Below are positions 16,842 to 27,119 of a DNA stretch of 40,144 nucleotides, in pieces. A program made the translations under genes and the position numbers. Within the stretch, counting starts at the first letter, position 1. Every line of letters begins with the position of its first letter. This stretch comes from Desulfobacterales bacterium (GTDB lineage Bacteria > Desulfobacterota > Desulfobacteria > Desulfobacterales > UBA11574). The notes below the pieces were generated by a model, which worked only from the letters and a program-made list of their open reading frames with translations, made no database searches and had not been told where the DNA came from. Location: positions 12,917 through 53,060 of the forward strand of contig JAHECI010000002.1 in NCBI GenBank assembly GCA_024641825.1. Reading direction: 5' to 3'.

Positions 16842-18887
16842 TTATGTAACACGAAGCTTTTTGGAAGATTTTAGATGCCGGACAAGGCGAATCAGGCAAA
16901 AACTGAAAAGGACCATGAGGAACAGGGTGAATACGGGGCCAAATTTCAAGGCGACCCAGCTGATTCCCACCAGGGGGAACAGGCCCATGCGTACAAAAAA
17001 TCTCAAGATATCATGCCCGGCAATGAAATCTGCCGCCGGCGGTGAATATTGCGTGTAGAAATTTACGAAGGTCTTGCCGATGCGGTGGGTCGCCAGAAAT
17101 CGATCCCGCATCTTGCGCAATATGTTGACATGGGGGGCCATTGAAGACCCATAGGCTGCGGTGGCGATAAAGCAGCCGCCGCCACCACCGTCACCGCCGC
17201 CGGCAACGGTTTCATTAAGACCTGAACAAACCATGTCGGCATGGATGTCCAAATTCAACCGTCCGTACCCATAGATGTTGTCCTTCCCAGGATTTCCCAT
17301 ATCTATTGCAGACGTGGTCAAAGCCTTCATTAACTCTGGGGCGGAACATGTTTGATTTCTGGATAGAATTAGCGCTGCGGCACCGGCCACATGGGCACAG
17401 GATGCACTTGTGCCGGAAAAGGTTGCGAAAACATCATTGGATATCTTGTCCGGTCCGCAGATGTCCGGTTTAACACGGCCGTCATTGGTGGGACCTTGGG
17501 AACTGAAGGATTCCTGGGGTCCTGTTGTCCAATTGCTTTCGTCAATTGCACCGACAGCTATGGCCCCTTCGGCATCCGCTGGAGTCAACAGGCTGCTCGA
17601 TGCCACTGCCGGGGTCAAGTCGTGGTATGCACTGTACACTTCAAGCCGGTGATTCTCGGTTCCGCTGTTTTTATTGATGACCAGGTGGTAGGTGCCGGCC
17701 GCCGGTACAGAATAAACAACCTCTTCAGTCGGCCATTGTGTTCCAGTCTGGGGATTCAAACTGCTGTCCTTCAAAGTGCCGGCGCTGTCATATAGATACA
17801 GATCATAATCCTGATCCGTCGCGGGCCAGGCATCCCAGGTCAAAAACACATGAATGGTGTCGCCGGTCGCTGCAACAATATTTAGGGTTTCATCACTGCC
17901 TGAAACATTGTGCAGTCCATCGTTGTCCAAATCCGAAAAAAAAGCCTCGTAATGTTGGTTGGCTTCGTTCCCGGCAGCCGTAACCCACAGGATATCGTTT
18001 GCGTATGCACTATCTGCGGTGCAGACGGGGTTGCTGAACCAACATTCTCCATCATAAAAATTCGTGTTGGCCACCACCAATGAAAGGTTTATGATCTTGA
18101 TCCCCTGGGTTATGGCGAAATTTTTAGCATCTTCCAGATCTATTGTGTCCGACACTTTTATCAGGTAAAGCAACGCTCCGGGCGCCATATCATGAATAAT
18201 CTCAGCAACTGCCGTTCCGTGTGACGCTGTTTCTGACGTAAAGTTGCCCGATATGCAGGTGGTGCCGGTACAGTCGATTTCTTGGAGGGTGTCTGGAAGT
18301 TCACCCCTGGAGATTGCAGAAGATAGGCCGGCAAAACCGACGTCTATCACGCCAACCCGAACACCGGAACCGATGAAGCCTTCGGAATGATAGGCTGCGG
18401 CCCCGGTCAAATCCACCCCTTCGCTCTGAACGGAAGTCGGCAGGAGTCTATCCGGGAGTTTAGCAAAAAGCACGCCGTTTATCGTGTCGGCAAGGGTGTC
18501 AATGGCATTTATGGGACATTGAATTTTTGACAAATTGCCCGATTTTTTAATGACCTTTGCCTCGAAAGCCTGAATCCGGCGCTCGTCGAGGGGCGTTTCC
18601 GGCTCTGAAACCAGGTAAAGGGTAATGTTGTTTTGAGGATCGACGGGTATATTCCTTTTCTGTGCAAAACCGGCGCCGATCCGTTGCCCCTTTTTGTATT
18701 CATTCTTCAATTCCAACAAACGGGGTTCCACTTTTGAATGAATATTATTTTTGGTGGGGATCGCACTCAGGCCTTGTGAAAAGGCGGGGGTGGAAAAATA
18801 AAAAATTAGAAACAGGACTGTGGATAAAAGGGGAATAAAGTCTGTGAATCCGGAGCGATTCAGGGTCTTATTCAAATGAAATTTCAT
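16842..18887 (-). CDS. Secreted subtilisin-like serine protease (S8) with a Gly-run plus [11 protein letters not shown]-terminal membrane-anchor module
   Basis: N-terminal signal-anchor region. Catalytic triad contexts VGVIDVGF (Asp), HGTAVAEII (His) and [16 protein letters not shown] (Ser). The C-terminus reads [19 protein letters not shown]..., followed by hydrophobic TM segments and a basic tail. Confidence 0.9.
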   Translation of the reverse strand: MKFHLNKTLNRSGFTDFIPLLSTVLFLIFYFSTPAFSQGLSAIPTKNNIHSKVEPRLLELKNEYKKGQRIGAGFAQKRNIPVDPQNNITLYLVSEPETPLDERRIQAFEAKVIKKSGNLSKIQCPINAIDTLADTINGVLFAKLPDRLLPTSVQSEGVDLTGAAAYHSEGFIGSGVRVGVIDVGFAGLSSAISRGELPDTLQEIDCTGTTCISGNFTSETASHGTAVAEIIHDMAPGALLYLIKVSDTIDLEDAKNFAITQGIKIINLSLVVANTNFYDGECWFSNPVCTADSAYANDILWVTAAGNEANQHYEAFFSDLDNDGLHNVSGSDETLNIVAATGDTIHVFLTWDAWPATDQDYDLYLYDSAGTLKDSSLNPQTGTQWPTEEVVYSVPAAGTYHLVINKNSGTENHRLEVYSAYHDLTPAVASSSLLTPADAEGAIAVGAIDESNWTTGPQESFSSQGPTNDGRVKPDICGPDKISNDVFATFSGTSASCAHVAGAAALILSRNQTCSAPELMKALTTSAIDMGNPGKDNIYGYGRLNLDIHADMVCSGLNETVAGGGDGGGGGCFIATAAYGSSMAPHVNILRKMRDRFLATHRIGKTFVNFYTQYSPPAADFIAGHDILRFFVRMGLFPLVGISWVALKFGPVFTLFLMVLFSFCLIRLVRHLKSSKKLRVT

Positions 18888-18951
18888 GAAAACCGTCGAT
18901 TGCCATAGATTTTCTGAAAAGGGATTTGAACGTTGACGTCTTAAGAAGACC

Positions 18952-19725
18952 TTATTTTTTAGAGTTGCAGCGATGCTTAACCTTCTTTCTGTAGCGTTTT
19001 GTCAGAGGGCGCCGGCGGAGCAGGACATAGGTTGCACCTGCACCGCCGTCACAGGACCTTGCGCTGGAAAAAGCGATGACCCATTTGCGCAACGGACCCC
19101 GGGTGAGCCATTCAACGACTTTTGTTTTCAAGACCGGCCTGTTCGGAGAGGAGAGACCCCGGCCGTGGACGATCAGAACCGCCCGTTTACCGGTTGTTAT
19201 GGAATCTTTAATAAAAATTTTAAAGGCATTTTGGGCATCTTCCACACCAAACCCATGGAGATCGACATGGGCCTGTATGGAAAAGTCTCCACGGTGGAGC
19301 CGGGTGGAAATTTTGGGGTGAACATTATGTCCGGTGCCCTCGATATATTCCGGTGTATTCTTGACCACAAAGCCCTCTCCGGTTTTTACAAGGGTGTTTA
19401 ACCGGCGTAGGGTTTGATTGTCGGAATCGTCACCAGCGACAACTTCGGTGGTGAACACCCCCTGTCGCACCACCCGGTTTCCTTGACGCATCGGCGTAAC
19501 GTCGGCCATGGCCTCTAAAAATAGATTCATATCATTTTCATGGACGGAATTATTGCCGCTGTCATTTTTTGTTTTGAAAAAACCAAACTGTTTGGCACAG
19601 GTTTTTGAATCGTTTTTAGAGGGGGCGTCTGTGGGGAAGGACTTAATTTTTATTGATTTTTTTTCAAGCAGAGCTTTTAGAGTCTCAAAGGGGCCGAAGG
19701 CTCCTGAAGACTTGGAAGTTTTCAT
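18952..19725 (-). CDS. Smr-domain protein (MutS2 C-terminal-like nuclease domain)
   Basis: Smr motif region [11 protein letters not shown]...[16 protein letters not shown] lies 5 nt upstream of the ATG at 19725, which is preferred over 19755. Confidence 0.8.
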   Translation of the reverse strand: MKTSKSSGAFGPFETLKALLEKKSIKIKSFPTDAPSKNDSKTCAKQFGFFKTKNDSGNNSVHENDMNLFLEAMADVTPMRQGNRVVRQGVFTTEVVAGDDSDNQTLRRLNTLVKTGEGFVVKNTPEYIEGTGHNVHPKISTRLHRGDFSIQAHVDLHGFGVEDAQNAFKIFIKDSITTGKRAVLIVHGRGLSSPNRPVLKTKVVEWLTRGPLRKWVIAFSSARSCDGGAGATYVLLRRRPLTKRYRKKVKHRCNSKK

Positions 19726-19787
19726 GGTGTTCCTCCAAAATCCATGAACGAACATACACGTCTTTTACCAGATGTGCAAGCTTCAGA

Positions 19788-20219
19788 TTAAAGCAGAAAA
19801 ATATTGGTTCTAAGTTCTCCTTCCGTATAGCGAAAATAGTCATCGATTATTTTTTTATGATCGAAAACAATGGGTTCTGGAAGGCTGCTTTTTGTAAAAA
19901 CACCCACTTTTTTTGCGTCATCGGCCGGCTTTGGGATGCCGATTCCTTTTGCGATGTAAACCGTGGTGACGGTGTGATGTCTTGGATCACGGTCGGGTTC
20001 AGAATACGAGTGGAACTGTTCTTTAAGTTTAATGTCCAATGACGTTTCTTCTTTTGCCTCCCTGACAGCGGATGACTCAAGGGTTTCCCTGTAATCCACG
20101 AAGCCGCCGGGAAGCGCCCATCCATAAGGGGGATTGGCTCTTTTGATCAAAACAATGCCGTCATCGATCTCTATGATAATGTCTACCGTAACGAGGGGAT
20201 TTCGGTATTTTTGTTTCAT
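19788..20219 (-). CDS. NUDIX hydrolase
   Basis: Nudix box [24 protein letters not shown]. Confidence 0.85.
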   Translation of the reverse strand: MKQKYRNPLVTVDIIIEIDDGIVLIKRANPPYGWALPGGFVDYRETLESSAVREAKEETSLDIKLKEQFHSYSEPDRDPRHHTVTTVYIAKGIGIPKPADDAKKVGVFTKSSLPEPIVFDHKKIIDDYFRYTEGELRTNIFLL

Positions 20220-20383
20220 TTAATGGTGGCGGATTTTTAACGAGTGAAAAGCAAACATTAAGAACCTGCTTTAAGTAAATGCAATTAAGTTGCTGTTAAA
20301 AAACTAAAAACCAATAAAAAAACCAACCTTTAAATCACGGGTGAATCCGACGAATAACGAATTCGTGGATGTTGTCTGAAACG

Positions 20384-20734
20384 TTACAACTCCGGCGCTT
20401 CCGATGGTATGAGACAGGCGAAAACCAAAGGATCATCACCGGCGTTTCTCAGTTGATGCGCTTCATTGCCGGGAATGAAAATAACATGACCTTTGGCCAC
20501 GGGCGTCCATTTTCCTTCGCATAATACTTCACCCCTTCCCGAATGAACGACGATTTCGTGCTCCCAATTATGGGAATGTTCGGGAGAATACCCCCCTTTG
20601 GACAGTTCAAAAAATCGCATACAAAAATTATTCGCACCATCAGCTTTGCCGATGACCACGCGTCCAGTAACGCCTTTCACACCATCTCCGTCGAAGTGCT
20701 TGGGTTCTGCATCAGAATAGTGTATGATTTTCAT
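20384..20734 (-). CDS. Cupin-domain protein
   Basis: Cupin motifs SPEHSHNWEHEIVV and GHVIFIPGNEAHQLRN. AAGGAG lies 6 nt upstream of the ATG at 20734. Confidence 0.75.
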   Translation of the reverse strand: MKIIHYSDAEPKHFDGDGVKGVTGRVVIGKADGANNFCMRFFELSKGGYSPEHSHNWEHEIVVHSGRGEVLCEGKWTPVAKGHVIFIPGNEAHQLRNAGDDPLVFACLIPSEAPEL

Positions 20735-20942
20735 GGTCGTCTCCTTATGCATCAATAAGGGATTCATCGGGCGAGAATGCTCGATTCAATATTGTCAGGT
20801 GTCGTATTATCCCCATGGAAACTTGCATCGGGATTCCATAGTCGGCTCTGACGTCATCTTCTGTGTGTTTTGAACAAACAGAATTACTGTATCAATCGGT
20901 ACTGTTCGGGTCAACAAAAATGGATAACGGCTCGGTGGGGTT

Positions 20943-21644
20943 ATGCAAATCGGATCCATCAAATGGAAAAAACTGCTTTATGACGGCGCACAGACGCTTG
21001 AGATCCACGTCGATTCGGACCAGGTGGATAAATTTACAACCCATGCCATGGAACTTGCAAAATGGAACCGAAAGATAAATCTGACTGCAATTACGGATCC
21101 TTTGGAGGTTGCCGTCAAACACTTTCTGGATTCCATGGCCCCGGATTCCATGATTCCTTGGAATGCATCGCTTCTCGATATCGGCTCCGGCGGCGGTTTC
21201 CCCGGGATTCCATTGAAGATATTGAAGCCGTCTTTATCGGTTACGCTCATCGATGCTTCCCGTAAAAAGGTCAGTTTTTTAAAACATCTTATCCGAATTC
21301 TGGGTCTTGAGAATATTGAGGCGTTTCATCTCCGAGCCGAGGAATTCTCCCAACAGGCCCTTTTTGCAGGCCCTTTTAATGCCATTATCAGCCGTGCGCT
21401 TTCTTCAACGCCGGAATTTGTTCGGATGGCCCTGCCGTTGCTGGACACAGACGGGATACTCATCGCCATGAAAGGAAAACGTTCTGAAGTAGAGATCGAA
21501 TCGCTCCGTTCGTTGATCCATAAAAAAACAGGCATGGGAGATGAGAACCTGACAGAAATTGAGTTGCGGTTGAAAACCTATACGCTTCCGTATTTGAAAT
21601 TAGAAAGAACCATCGTGAGCTTAAAACGTAACCGCCACCCCTAG
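20943..21644 (+). CDS. rsmG: 16S rRNA (guanine527-N7)-methyltransferase RsmG (GidB)
   Basis: Patterns NLTAITDPLEVAVKHFLDS and the SAM-binding LLDIGSGGGFPGIPLKI. About 230 aa. Confidence 0.9.
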   Translation: MQIGSIKWKKLLYDGAQTLEIHVDSDQVDKFTTHAMELAKWNRKINLTAITDPLEVAVKHFLDSMAPDSMIPWNASLLDIGSGGGFPGIPLKILKPSLSVTLIDASRKKVSFLKHLIRILGLENIEAFHLRAEEFSQQALFAGPFNAIISRALSSTPEFVRMALPLLDTDGILIAMKGKRSEVEIESLRSLIHKKTGMGDENLTEIELRLKTYTLPYLKLERTIVSLKRNRHP

Positions 21645-21837
21645 CCTGTGGAGCGTTCTCTCTAGGGGGATTCAAATACGTTTGCCCCGGGTTTGGTATG
21701 GATAAATATGGACAAGTTCTGTTCCATCTGATATCGAAAATGTGTGTTGCCTCTGTCGCTTCATAACGCTAACATGTCACCATTTGCCCAAAGTGCATCT
21801 GGTCACCGAAACCAGCACCAATAGAAGGAGATAACGC

Positions 21838-22164
21838 ATGGCGAGTGATACCCAGAAGACCCAGATTAATTTAACCGTGGATCGGAACAACCTGTACCGG
21901 GAGGAATCGTTTACCGACATTAAAGTCGCCTCCATCCGGCAACTCACACCGATAAAGCCGGATTTGACAACGGATAACAGCCGCCATCCCCTATATATGG
22001 GGCAAACGCAGTTGATGACGCCCTCGGGGCCTGTAATGCTTCAGTCTTTGCTCGAAGCGGTAACTTTAGATGAAGCCATCGAAAAATTTCCTGGGGCCAT
22101 GCAAAAGGAAGTGGACAAGGTCATGGCACAGATCCATAAAAGCACGGAAGCATCGGTGAAATGA
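21838..22164 (+). CDS. Hypothetical 108-aa protein, translationally coupled to the CooC-like ATPase
   Basis: AGGAGA lies 6 nt upstream of the ATG at 21838. Its stop overlaps the next start (ATGA at 22161-22164). I do not recognise a family. Confidence 0.55.
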   Translation: MASDTQKTQINLTVDRNNLYREESFTDIKVASIRQLTPIKPDLTTDNSRHPLYMGQTQLMTPSGPVMLQSLLEAVTLDEAIEKFPGAMQKEVDKVMAQIHKSTEASVK

Positions 22165-22961
22165 AAATATTGATCTCCGGTAAAGGGGGAAGTGGGAAGA
22201 GCACCCTGTCTGCGCTTGTGGCAAAGGCCTTGAAAGACCGTGGATTCAAGGTCCTACTGGTCGATGCAGATGAATCGAATTATGGCCTTCACCGCTTGCT
22301 GGACATTTCTTTTCCGGTTCCATTGCTGGAGAATATGGGGGGGAAACCGGGATTTAAAAAAATGACTTCGGTTACATTCCCTCAGTCCAGCGCCGAACTC
22401 CCATTCAAGAATGGGATGGGAATCGATGAATTCCCAGAGGACTGCCTTGCTGAATCCGATGGAATAAAACTGCTCGTCATCGGAAAGATTCATGATTTTG
22501 GTGAGGGGTGTGCCTGCCCCATGGGCGCGTTGTCAAAAATGTTTTTACCAAAGCTCGCGTTGGCGGAAAATGAAATCATCATCATCGATGCCGCCGCCGG
22601 TGTTGAACATTTTGGACGGCGAGTCGATGGTGATTGTGATATGATCATCGGCGTGGTGGACCCCACCTTTGAGTCGTTTTCACTGGCAAAACAGATGGCG
22701 GGTATGGCAGAAAAGGCAGGGGTCGAGATCTTCTTTGTCCTCAACAAGATCGACGACCGAGTCCGTGATATCATGCACAAAAATGTCGACCGTAAAAACG
22801 TCGTCGCTGAAATTCCCCATATGCCGTCCATTTTTATGGACAGCCTGGAAGGGAAAAAACTCAAAACAAGTTGCCGGGAAATCGAGCCTATCTGCCGGAC
22901 CATCGAAGATTTCAAGAAAAAGTCCCGGCCATTTAAAATTCCCAGGGCACCATGGACTTAA
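22161..22961 (+). CDS. CooC/MinD-family P-loop NTPase (nickel-insertion accessory-like)
   Basis: Deviant Walker A GKGGSGKST. A CxC motif (GEGCACPMG) sits at the position of the CooC metal-binding motif. Walker B IIIIDAAAG. Confidence 0.8.
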   Translation: MKILISGKGGSGKSTLSALVAKALKDRGFKVLLVDADESNYGLHRLLDISFPVPLLENMGGKPGFKKMTSVTFPQSSAELPFKNGMGIDEFPEDCLAESDGIKLLVIGKIHDFGEGCACPMGALSKMFLPKLALAENEIIIIDAAAGVEHFGRRVDGDCDMIIGVVDPTFESFSLAKQMAGMAEKAGVEIFFVLNKIDDRVRDIMHKNVDRKNVVAEIPHMPSIFMDSLEGKKLKTSCREIEPICRTIEDFKKKSRPFKIPRAPWT

Positions 22962-23019
22962 TCCTGTGTGGATCTGCTAAAGCAATGGGTGTTATTTTCT
23001 GATCGATGACGTTGAAGGA

Positions 23020-23484
23020 ATGCCGGATCCAATGACCCACGAAAGATCTATAAATATTAACGGCGCCTATCCCGAAAACCCTCGGGTGGCGGTGGGCGCT
23101 GTCGTTTTTAAGGAAAACAAAGTCCTGCTGGTGTTGCGGAGCAAACCGCCGGCTGAAAACCAGTGGTCTATTCCCGGGGGATGCGTTGAGTTGGGCGAAA
23201 CCCTTCAGGAAGCCGCGGAACGAGAGATCCTTGAAGAGACCGGAATTTCCATTCGGGCCGGAGAACCTGTTTATACTTTTGATGTGATCGAAAGAGACGA
23301 CAGGGGCCGAATTCGGTTCCATTATGTGATTTTAGATCTTGCAGCCGATTATATCCGTGGGGAAGTCAAGGCCGGAGATGATGCTGTGGATGTAAGCTGG
23401 GTGTCATCCAAAGATATCAATGCCCTCAAAGTTAGTGCTGCCACCCGAAAACTGCTCAAGCAATGTTACGGATTCGGACCATGA
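23020..23484 (+). CDS. NUDIX hydrolase
   Basis: Nudix box GGCVELGETLQEAAEREILEETGI. Confidence 0.85.
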   Translation: MPDPMTHERSININGAYPENPRVAVGAVVFKENKVLLVLRSKPPAENQWSIPGGCVELGETLQEAAEREILEETGISIRAGEPVYTFDVIERDDRGRIRFHYVILDLAADYIRGEVKAGDDAVDVSWVSSKDINALKVSAATRKLLKQCYGFGP

Positions 23485-23672
23485 TCCAATCCATCTGGAT
23501 TTTTCCTAAAATTTTATCGATCATCCTGTTGTTTTTAAAAACCGAGGCCGAGGAATCTATGTTTTTTTTAGTCAGGCCACCATCGTTACCGCCATTGGTT
23601 TATTGACATCACATACCGTTTATTATAGGTATGGAAAAATATTAATCCATGGCGTCTATAAGGAGTGAACTC

Positions 23673-24296
23673 ATGGGGATAAACACTTTCACCGATTACT
23701 ACGAAAATCTTCAGATAAGCCCGAATGCGGATACGGAGATGATCGAACGAGTTTTCAGGTTGCTTGCGAAGCGGTACCATCCCGACAATACACAAACCGG
23801 AAATGCAGAAAAATTCAACACGCTTAATGATGCCTACCGCGTGCTGTCTGATCCTGAAAAACGGGCGGCCTATGACGTAAAATATGATCAGGAACGCGCG
23901 GCCTCCTGGAAAATTTTCGAAGAAGCGTCACACGCGGACGGTTTCGATGACGACAATCGGATTCGGCAAGGGGTCCTTTCTCTGCTCTATACGGCACGCA
24001 GGCGGGATGCGTCGAACCCGGGGATGGGAATCGTTGAACTGGAAAAGTATCTAAGCTGTCCCCAGGAGCACATGGAGTTTCATGTCTGGTATCTTAAAGA
24101 AAAAGACTGGATTCGGCGGACGGAGACTGGAGCCTGGGCGATAACGGCAGATGGTGTAGACAAGGCGATAGAGAGTGATCGGTTTCTGAGGAAAGATCGT
24201 TTGCTGCCCGAACCCGAGGGATTTTCAGCAGAGCGCCAGGGCCCCAAGGATTCCAATCCCGACGGCAACAGGCTATTAGATGACGATAGCGAATAA
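23673..24296 (+). CDS. J-domain (DnaJ-like) protein with a probable winged-helix C-terminal region
   Basis: DYYENLQISPNADTEMIERVFRLLAKRYHPDN, with the HPD tripeptide. AAGGAG lies 7 nt upstream of the ATG at 23673, which is preferred over 23649. Confidence 0.8.
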   Translation: MGINTFTDYYENLQISPNADTEMIERVFRLLAKRYHPDNTQTGNAEKFNTLNDAYRVLSDPEKRAAYDVKYDQERAASWKIFEEASHADGFDDDNRIRQGVLSLLYTARRRDASNPGMGIVELEKYLSCPQEHMEFHVWYLKEKDWIRRTETGAWAITADGVDKAIESDRFLRKDRLLPEPEGFSAERQGPKDSNPDGNRLLDDDSE

Positions 24297-24399
24297 CCGT
24301 GTGTCCGACAACACGCTAAAATAGACGTCCGTTTAATTTCAGCCCTGTCCGATCTGTTTTTTTAAATGGAATTGCGAAGCGATGGGTTAACGGTAACCG

Positions 24400-25299
24400 T
24401 TATTTTGTGGCAAATTCTTTTTTAAGAAAATTATTAAAGGCCCTACACAACGGAGAGGCGCTCCGTTCTTTGTGCCGTATGAGATAAAAACTTCGCTTCA
24501 GGTTCAGATCTTTAATTGCCAGAGCTTTTAACGTCCCTGCTTTTAGTTCTTCCGCCACCGCGATGGTGGAGAGAATCGAAATTCCGACCTTGCTTTTTAT
24601 ACCTTGAATAATCGCTGCCGTACTTCCCATTTCTGAAATAACGTTAAGATCCTCAAAGACATGCCCTTTCTCCGTTAAACTCCTCTTGATGGATTTTAAA
24701 GTCCCGGAGCCGGGTTCACGAACAATAAAAGGTTCCTCGAACAATAATTCCGAGTGGATATGTTTTTTTCCGGCCCACCGATGATCGGCGGTAACAATCA
24801 GCCGCAGTTCGTCTTCGATGAGTTTTTCCTTGGCAATGTTTTTATCGGATGGTTCGGCCCCTACAATACCGAGTTCCAGTATACCAGATAGGGTGTCCTG
24901 TATTATTTGCTCGGTGTCACCGATAATCAGTGAAATTTTAACCTCAGGATAATCCGCTGTAAAAGCACCGATAAGTTGTGGCAGAATATATCCTCCGGGG
25001 ATGGTGCTGCCGCCGATGACCAGCCGCCCCTTGATTTTTCCCTGAAATTCATCCATGGCGGCTTCAGCCTCATCCCGAAAAGCGATCAGCTTTCGGGCAT
25101 AGGAATACAACAATTCACCGGCTTTGCTCGGGACCGCTTTCTTGCCGAGACGATCGATCAGTTGACACCCGAAGTGATTTTCCAGGTCTTTGATGTGGCT
25201 GCTGATGGTGGGTTGAGATAAATGGACGGCCTTTCCGGCTTTGGAAAAACCTTCGAGCTCGATAACCTTGCAGAAGATATTTAACTGCCACAAATCCAT
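24400..25299 (-). CDS. LysR-family transcriptional regulator
   Basis: N-terminal HTH (FSKAGKAVHLSQPTISSHIKDLE) plus a LysR substrate-binding domain. 299 aa. It is divergent from the MFS gene. Confidence 0.9.
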   Translation of the reverse strand: MDLWQLNIFCKVIELEGFSKAGKAVHLSQPTISSHIKDLENHFGCQLIDRLGKKAVPSKAGELLYSYARKLIAFRDEAEAAMDEFQGKIKGRLVIGGSTIPGGYILPQLIGAFTADYPEVKISLIIGDTEQIIQDTLSGILELGIVGAEPSDKNIAKEKLIEDELRLIVTADHRWAGKKHIHSELLFEEPFIVREPGSGTLKSIKRSLTEKGHVFEDLNVISEMGSTAAIIQGIKSKVGISILSTIAVAEELKAGTLKALAIKDLNLKRSFYLIRHKERSASPLCRAFNNFLKKEFATK

Positions 25300-25445
25300 T
25301 TTTAAGCCTTTCTTTGAGTTTGAATTAACATAAATTCATAACAGGCCTATAATTTGCCATAAACCGCAGCTTAGATGGAGCAGTTCAGCGGCGTTCTTTT
25401 AAATACACAAAAAGATATCATTAAATCAATATAAGAATGATGAAC

Positions 25446-25492
25446 TCGAAAAAAGTCTTTTGCTTGTGGAGCGAGCAAAAGACTTTTTTCGA
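25446..25492. repeat. Family-B palindrome (collapsed, TIR-only copy of the 195-bp element)
   Basis: CGAAAAAAGTCTTTTGCT (25447-25464) forms a perfect 18-bp stem with 25474-25491, across a 9-nt loop. The flanks (aatgatgaactcg ... cgaagccgcca) match the ends of the elements at 26925 and 36373. Confidence 0.75.
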
Positions 25493-25585
25493 AGCCGCCA
25501 TGAATGATTCATTGAAGATTCCAGAGTTTTTGATATATATGGAGCTAAATTTAATTCCAGGGTGTGGATGAATGGGGAGGGATGT

Positions 25586-26923
25586 ATGAACGAAGACAAG
25601 AAGGCGGTTTGGGGTTGGCTCATGTATGACTGGGCAAATTCTGCCTTCGCCACCACCGTGATGGCGGGATTTTTCCCGGTGTTCTTTAAACAGTATTGGA
25701 GCTATGGTACCAATGTCAATACCAGCACCGCACAGCTCGGAATCGGGAATTCCCTCGCAAGCGTATTGGTGGCACTTATGGCCCCTGTTCTGGGTGCAAT
25801 TGCCGACAGAGGTTCGGTGAGAAAAAAATTCCTGATCTTTTTTGCATACTCAGGGGTACTGATGACCGCCGGCCTGTTTATGGTCCAAAAAGGTGACTGG
25901 GTATGGGCTGTTTTTTTATATGTCATGGGGGTTATCGGATTCTCCGGTGCCAATATATTTTACGATTCACTTCTACCGAGTATCGCGGATAAAGAGAATA
26001 TAGATTATATATCCGGCTTGGGCTATTCTTTGGGATACCTTGGCGGCGGACTACTTTTTCTGTTAAATGTTCTAACGGCATTGATGCCCGAAAAATTTGG
26101 ATTTTCAGATGCGGAGACAGCGGTTAGATATGCCTTTCTTTCAGTGGCCTTATGGTGGGGCCTATTTACAATCTTTACCATAATCTGGATTCCTGAAGAA
26201 CCCAGGTCCGCACCTCCGTTAAGGGGCGTCGGATTGATCGTCGACGGTTTTCGCCAATTGGCCGGTACCTTTAAAAAGATCCGCCACATGAAGACGGTGG
26301 CGCTCTTTTTATCTGCATACTGGTTTTACATTGACGGCGTGGATACCATTATTCGGATGGCCGTCGATTATGGGATGTCCCTTGGATTTAATTCGAACGA
26401 TTTGATTTTTGCCCTTTTGATTACCCAGTTTGTCGGGTTTCCTTCTGCAATCGTTTTCGGAAAATTGGGGCAACGATGGAGCGTCCGTAAATCCATTTAC
26501 ATGGCCATCGGTATATACCTGTTCGTTACATTGTGGGGAAGCATGATGACCAACAAACAGGAATTTTACATCCTGGCCATCATCATCGGTTTGGTTCAGG
26601 GCGGCATTCAAGCGTTGAGCCGGTCTTACTATTCGAGACTGATACCCAAAGAAAGGGCTGCCGAGTTCTATGGGTTCTACAACATGCTGGGAAAATTTGC
26701 GGCCATTCTGGGGCCCGTTCTGATGGGTTCTGTTGGACTGACGGTGCGTCGGGTTCTGATGCCGACATCCCCCACTCCTGAGCAGGTGATACATGTCGGA
26801 CAGCTGGCGTCTCGCTGTGGGATTGCATCCATCGCGATTCTTTTTATTGTCGGCGCGTTTCTTTTTTCTTTGGTCGATGAGGAAAAAGGAAAAGCAGAAG
26901 CATACCGTTTATCAGACATTTAA
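25586..26923 (+). CDS. MFS transporter, UMF1 (Atg22-like) family
   Basis: N-terminal WGWLMYDWANSAFATTVMAGFFPVFF, typical of UMF1, and about 12 TM segments. GGGGAGG lies 5 nt upstream of the ATG at 25586. Confidence 0.85.
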   Translation: MNEDKKAVWGWLMYDWANSAFATTVMAGFFPVFFKQYWSYGTNVNTSTAQLGIGNSLASVLVALMAPVLGAIADRGSVRKKFLIFFAYSGVLMTAGLFMVQKGDWVWAVFLYVMGVIGFSGANIFYDSLLPSIADKENIDYISGLGYSLGYLGGGLLFLLNVLTALMPEKFGFSDAETAVRYAFLSVALWWGLFTIFTIIWIPEEPRSAPPLRGVGLIVDGFRQLAGTFKKIRHMKTVALFLSAYWFYIDGVDTIIRMAVDYGMSLGFNSNDLIFALLITQFVGFPSAIVFGKLGQRWSVRKSIYMAIGIYLFVTLWGSMMTNKQEFYILAIIIGLVQGGIQALSRSYYSRLIPKERAAEFYGFYNMLGKFAAILGPVLMGSVGLTVRRVLMPTSPTPEQVIHVGQLASRCGIASIAILFIVGAFLFSLVDEEKGKAEAYRLSDI

Positions 26924-26924
26924 T

Positions 26925-27119
26925 ATTGATGAACTCGTAAAAAGCCTCATTTTGCTCGCTCCCCAAGCAAATTTGGGATTCATGACGCGTCCGGCTAAAT
27001 TGCAAGAACTCGGGATAGCGCCCTCAAACAGCTTGCAAATTTTAACGCCAGACGCATCATGAATCTTTCTCCAAAATTGCTCGATGTCGCTCACAAAAGA
27101 CTTTTTACGAAACCGTCAA
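26925..27119. mobile_element. Family-B MITE-like element, copy 1 (about 195 bp)
   Basis: Near-identical over its whole length, in direct orientation, to 36373-36565. The ends are imperfect inverted repeats with the core TCGTAAAAAG. It fills the MFS/GDPD intergenic gap and supplies the GDPD stop codon. Confidence 0.8.

Noticed and set aside
21023-21705. DnaA-box-like nonamers (GGTGGATAA at 21023-21031, TATGGATAA at 21697-21705) near rsmG, hinting at oriC.
   Set aside because: There are only two imperfect boxes, one of them inside coding sequence. There is no AT-rich unwinding element and no dnaA, gidA or parAB genes, so an origin is not supported.
26912-27094. 60-aa ORF inside family-B MITE copy 1.
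   Set aside because: The reading frame is not preserved in the otherwise near-identical copy 2 (36373-36565), so the element is most likely non-coding.
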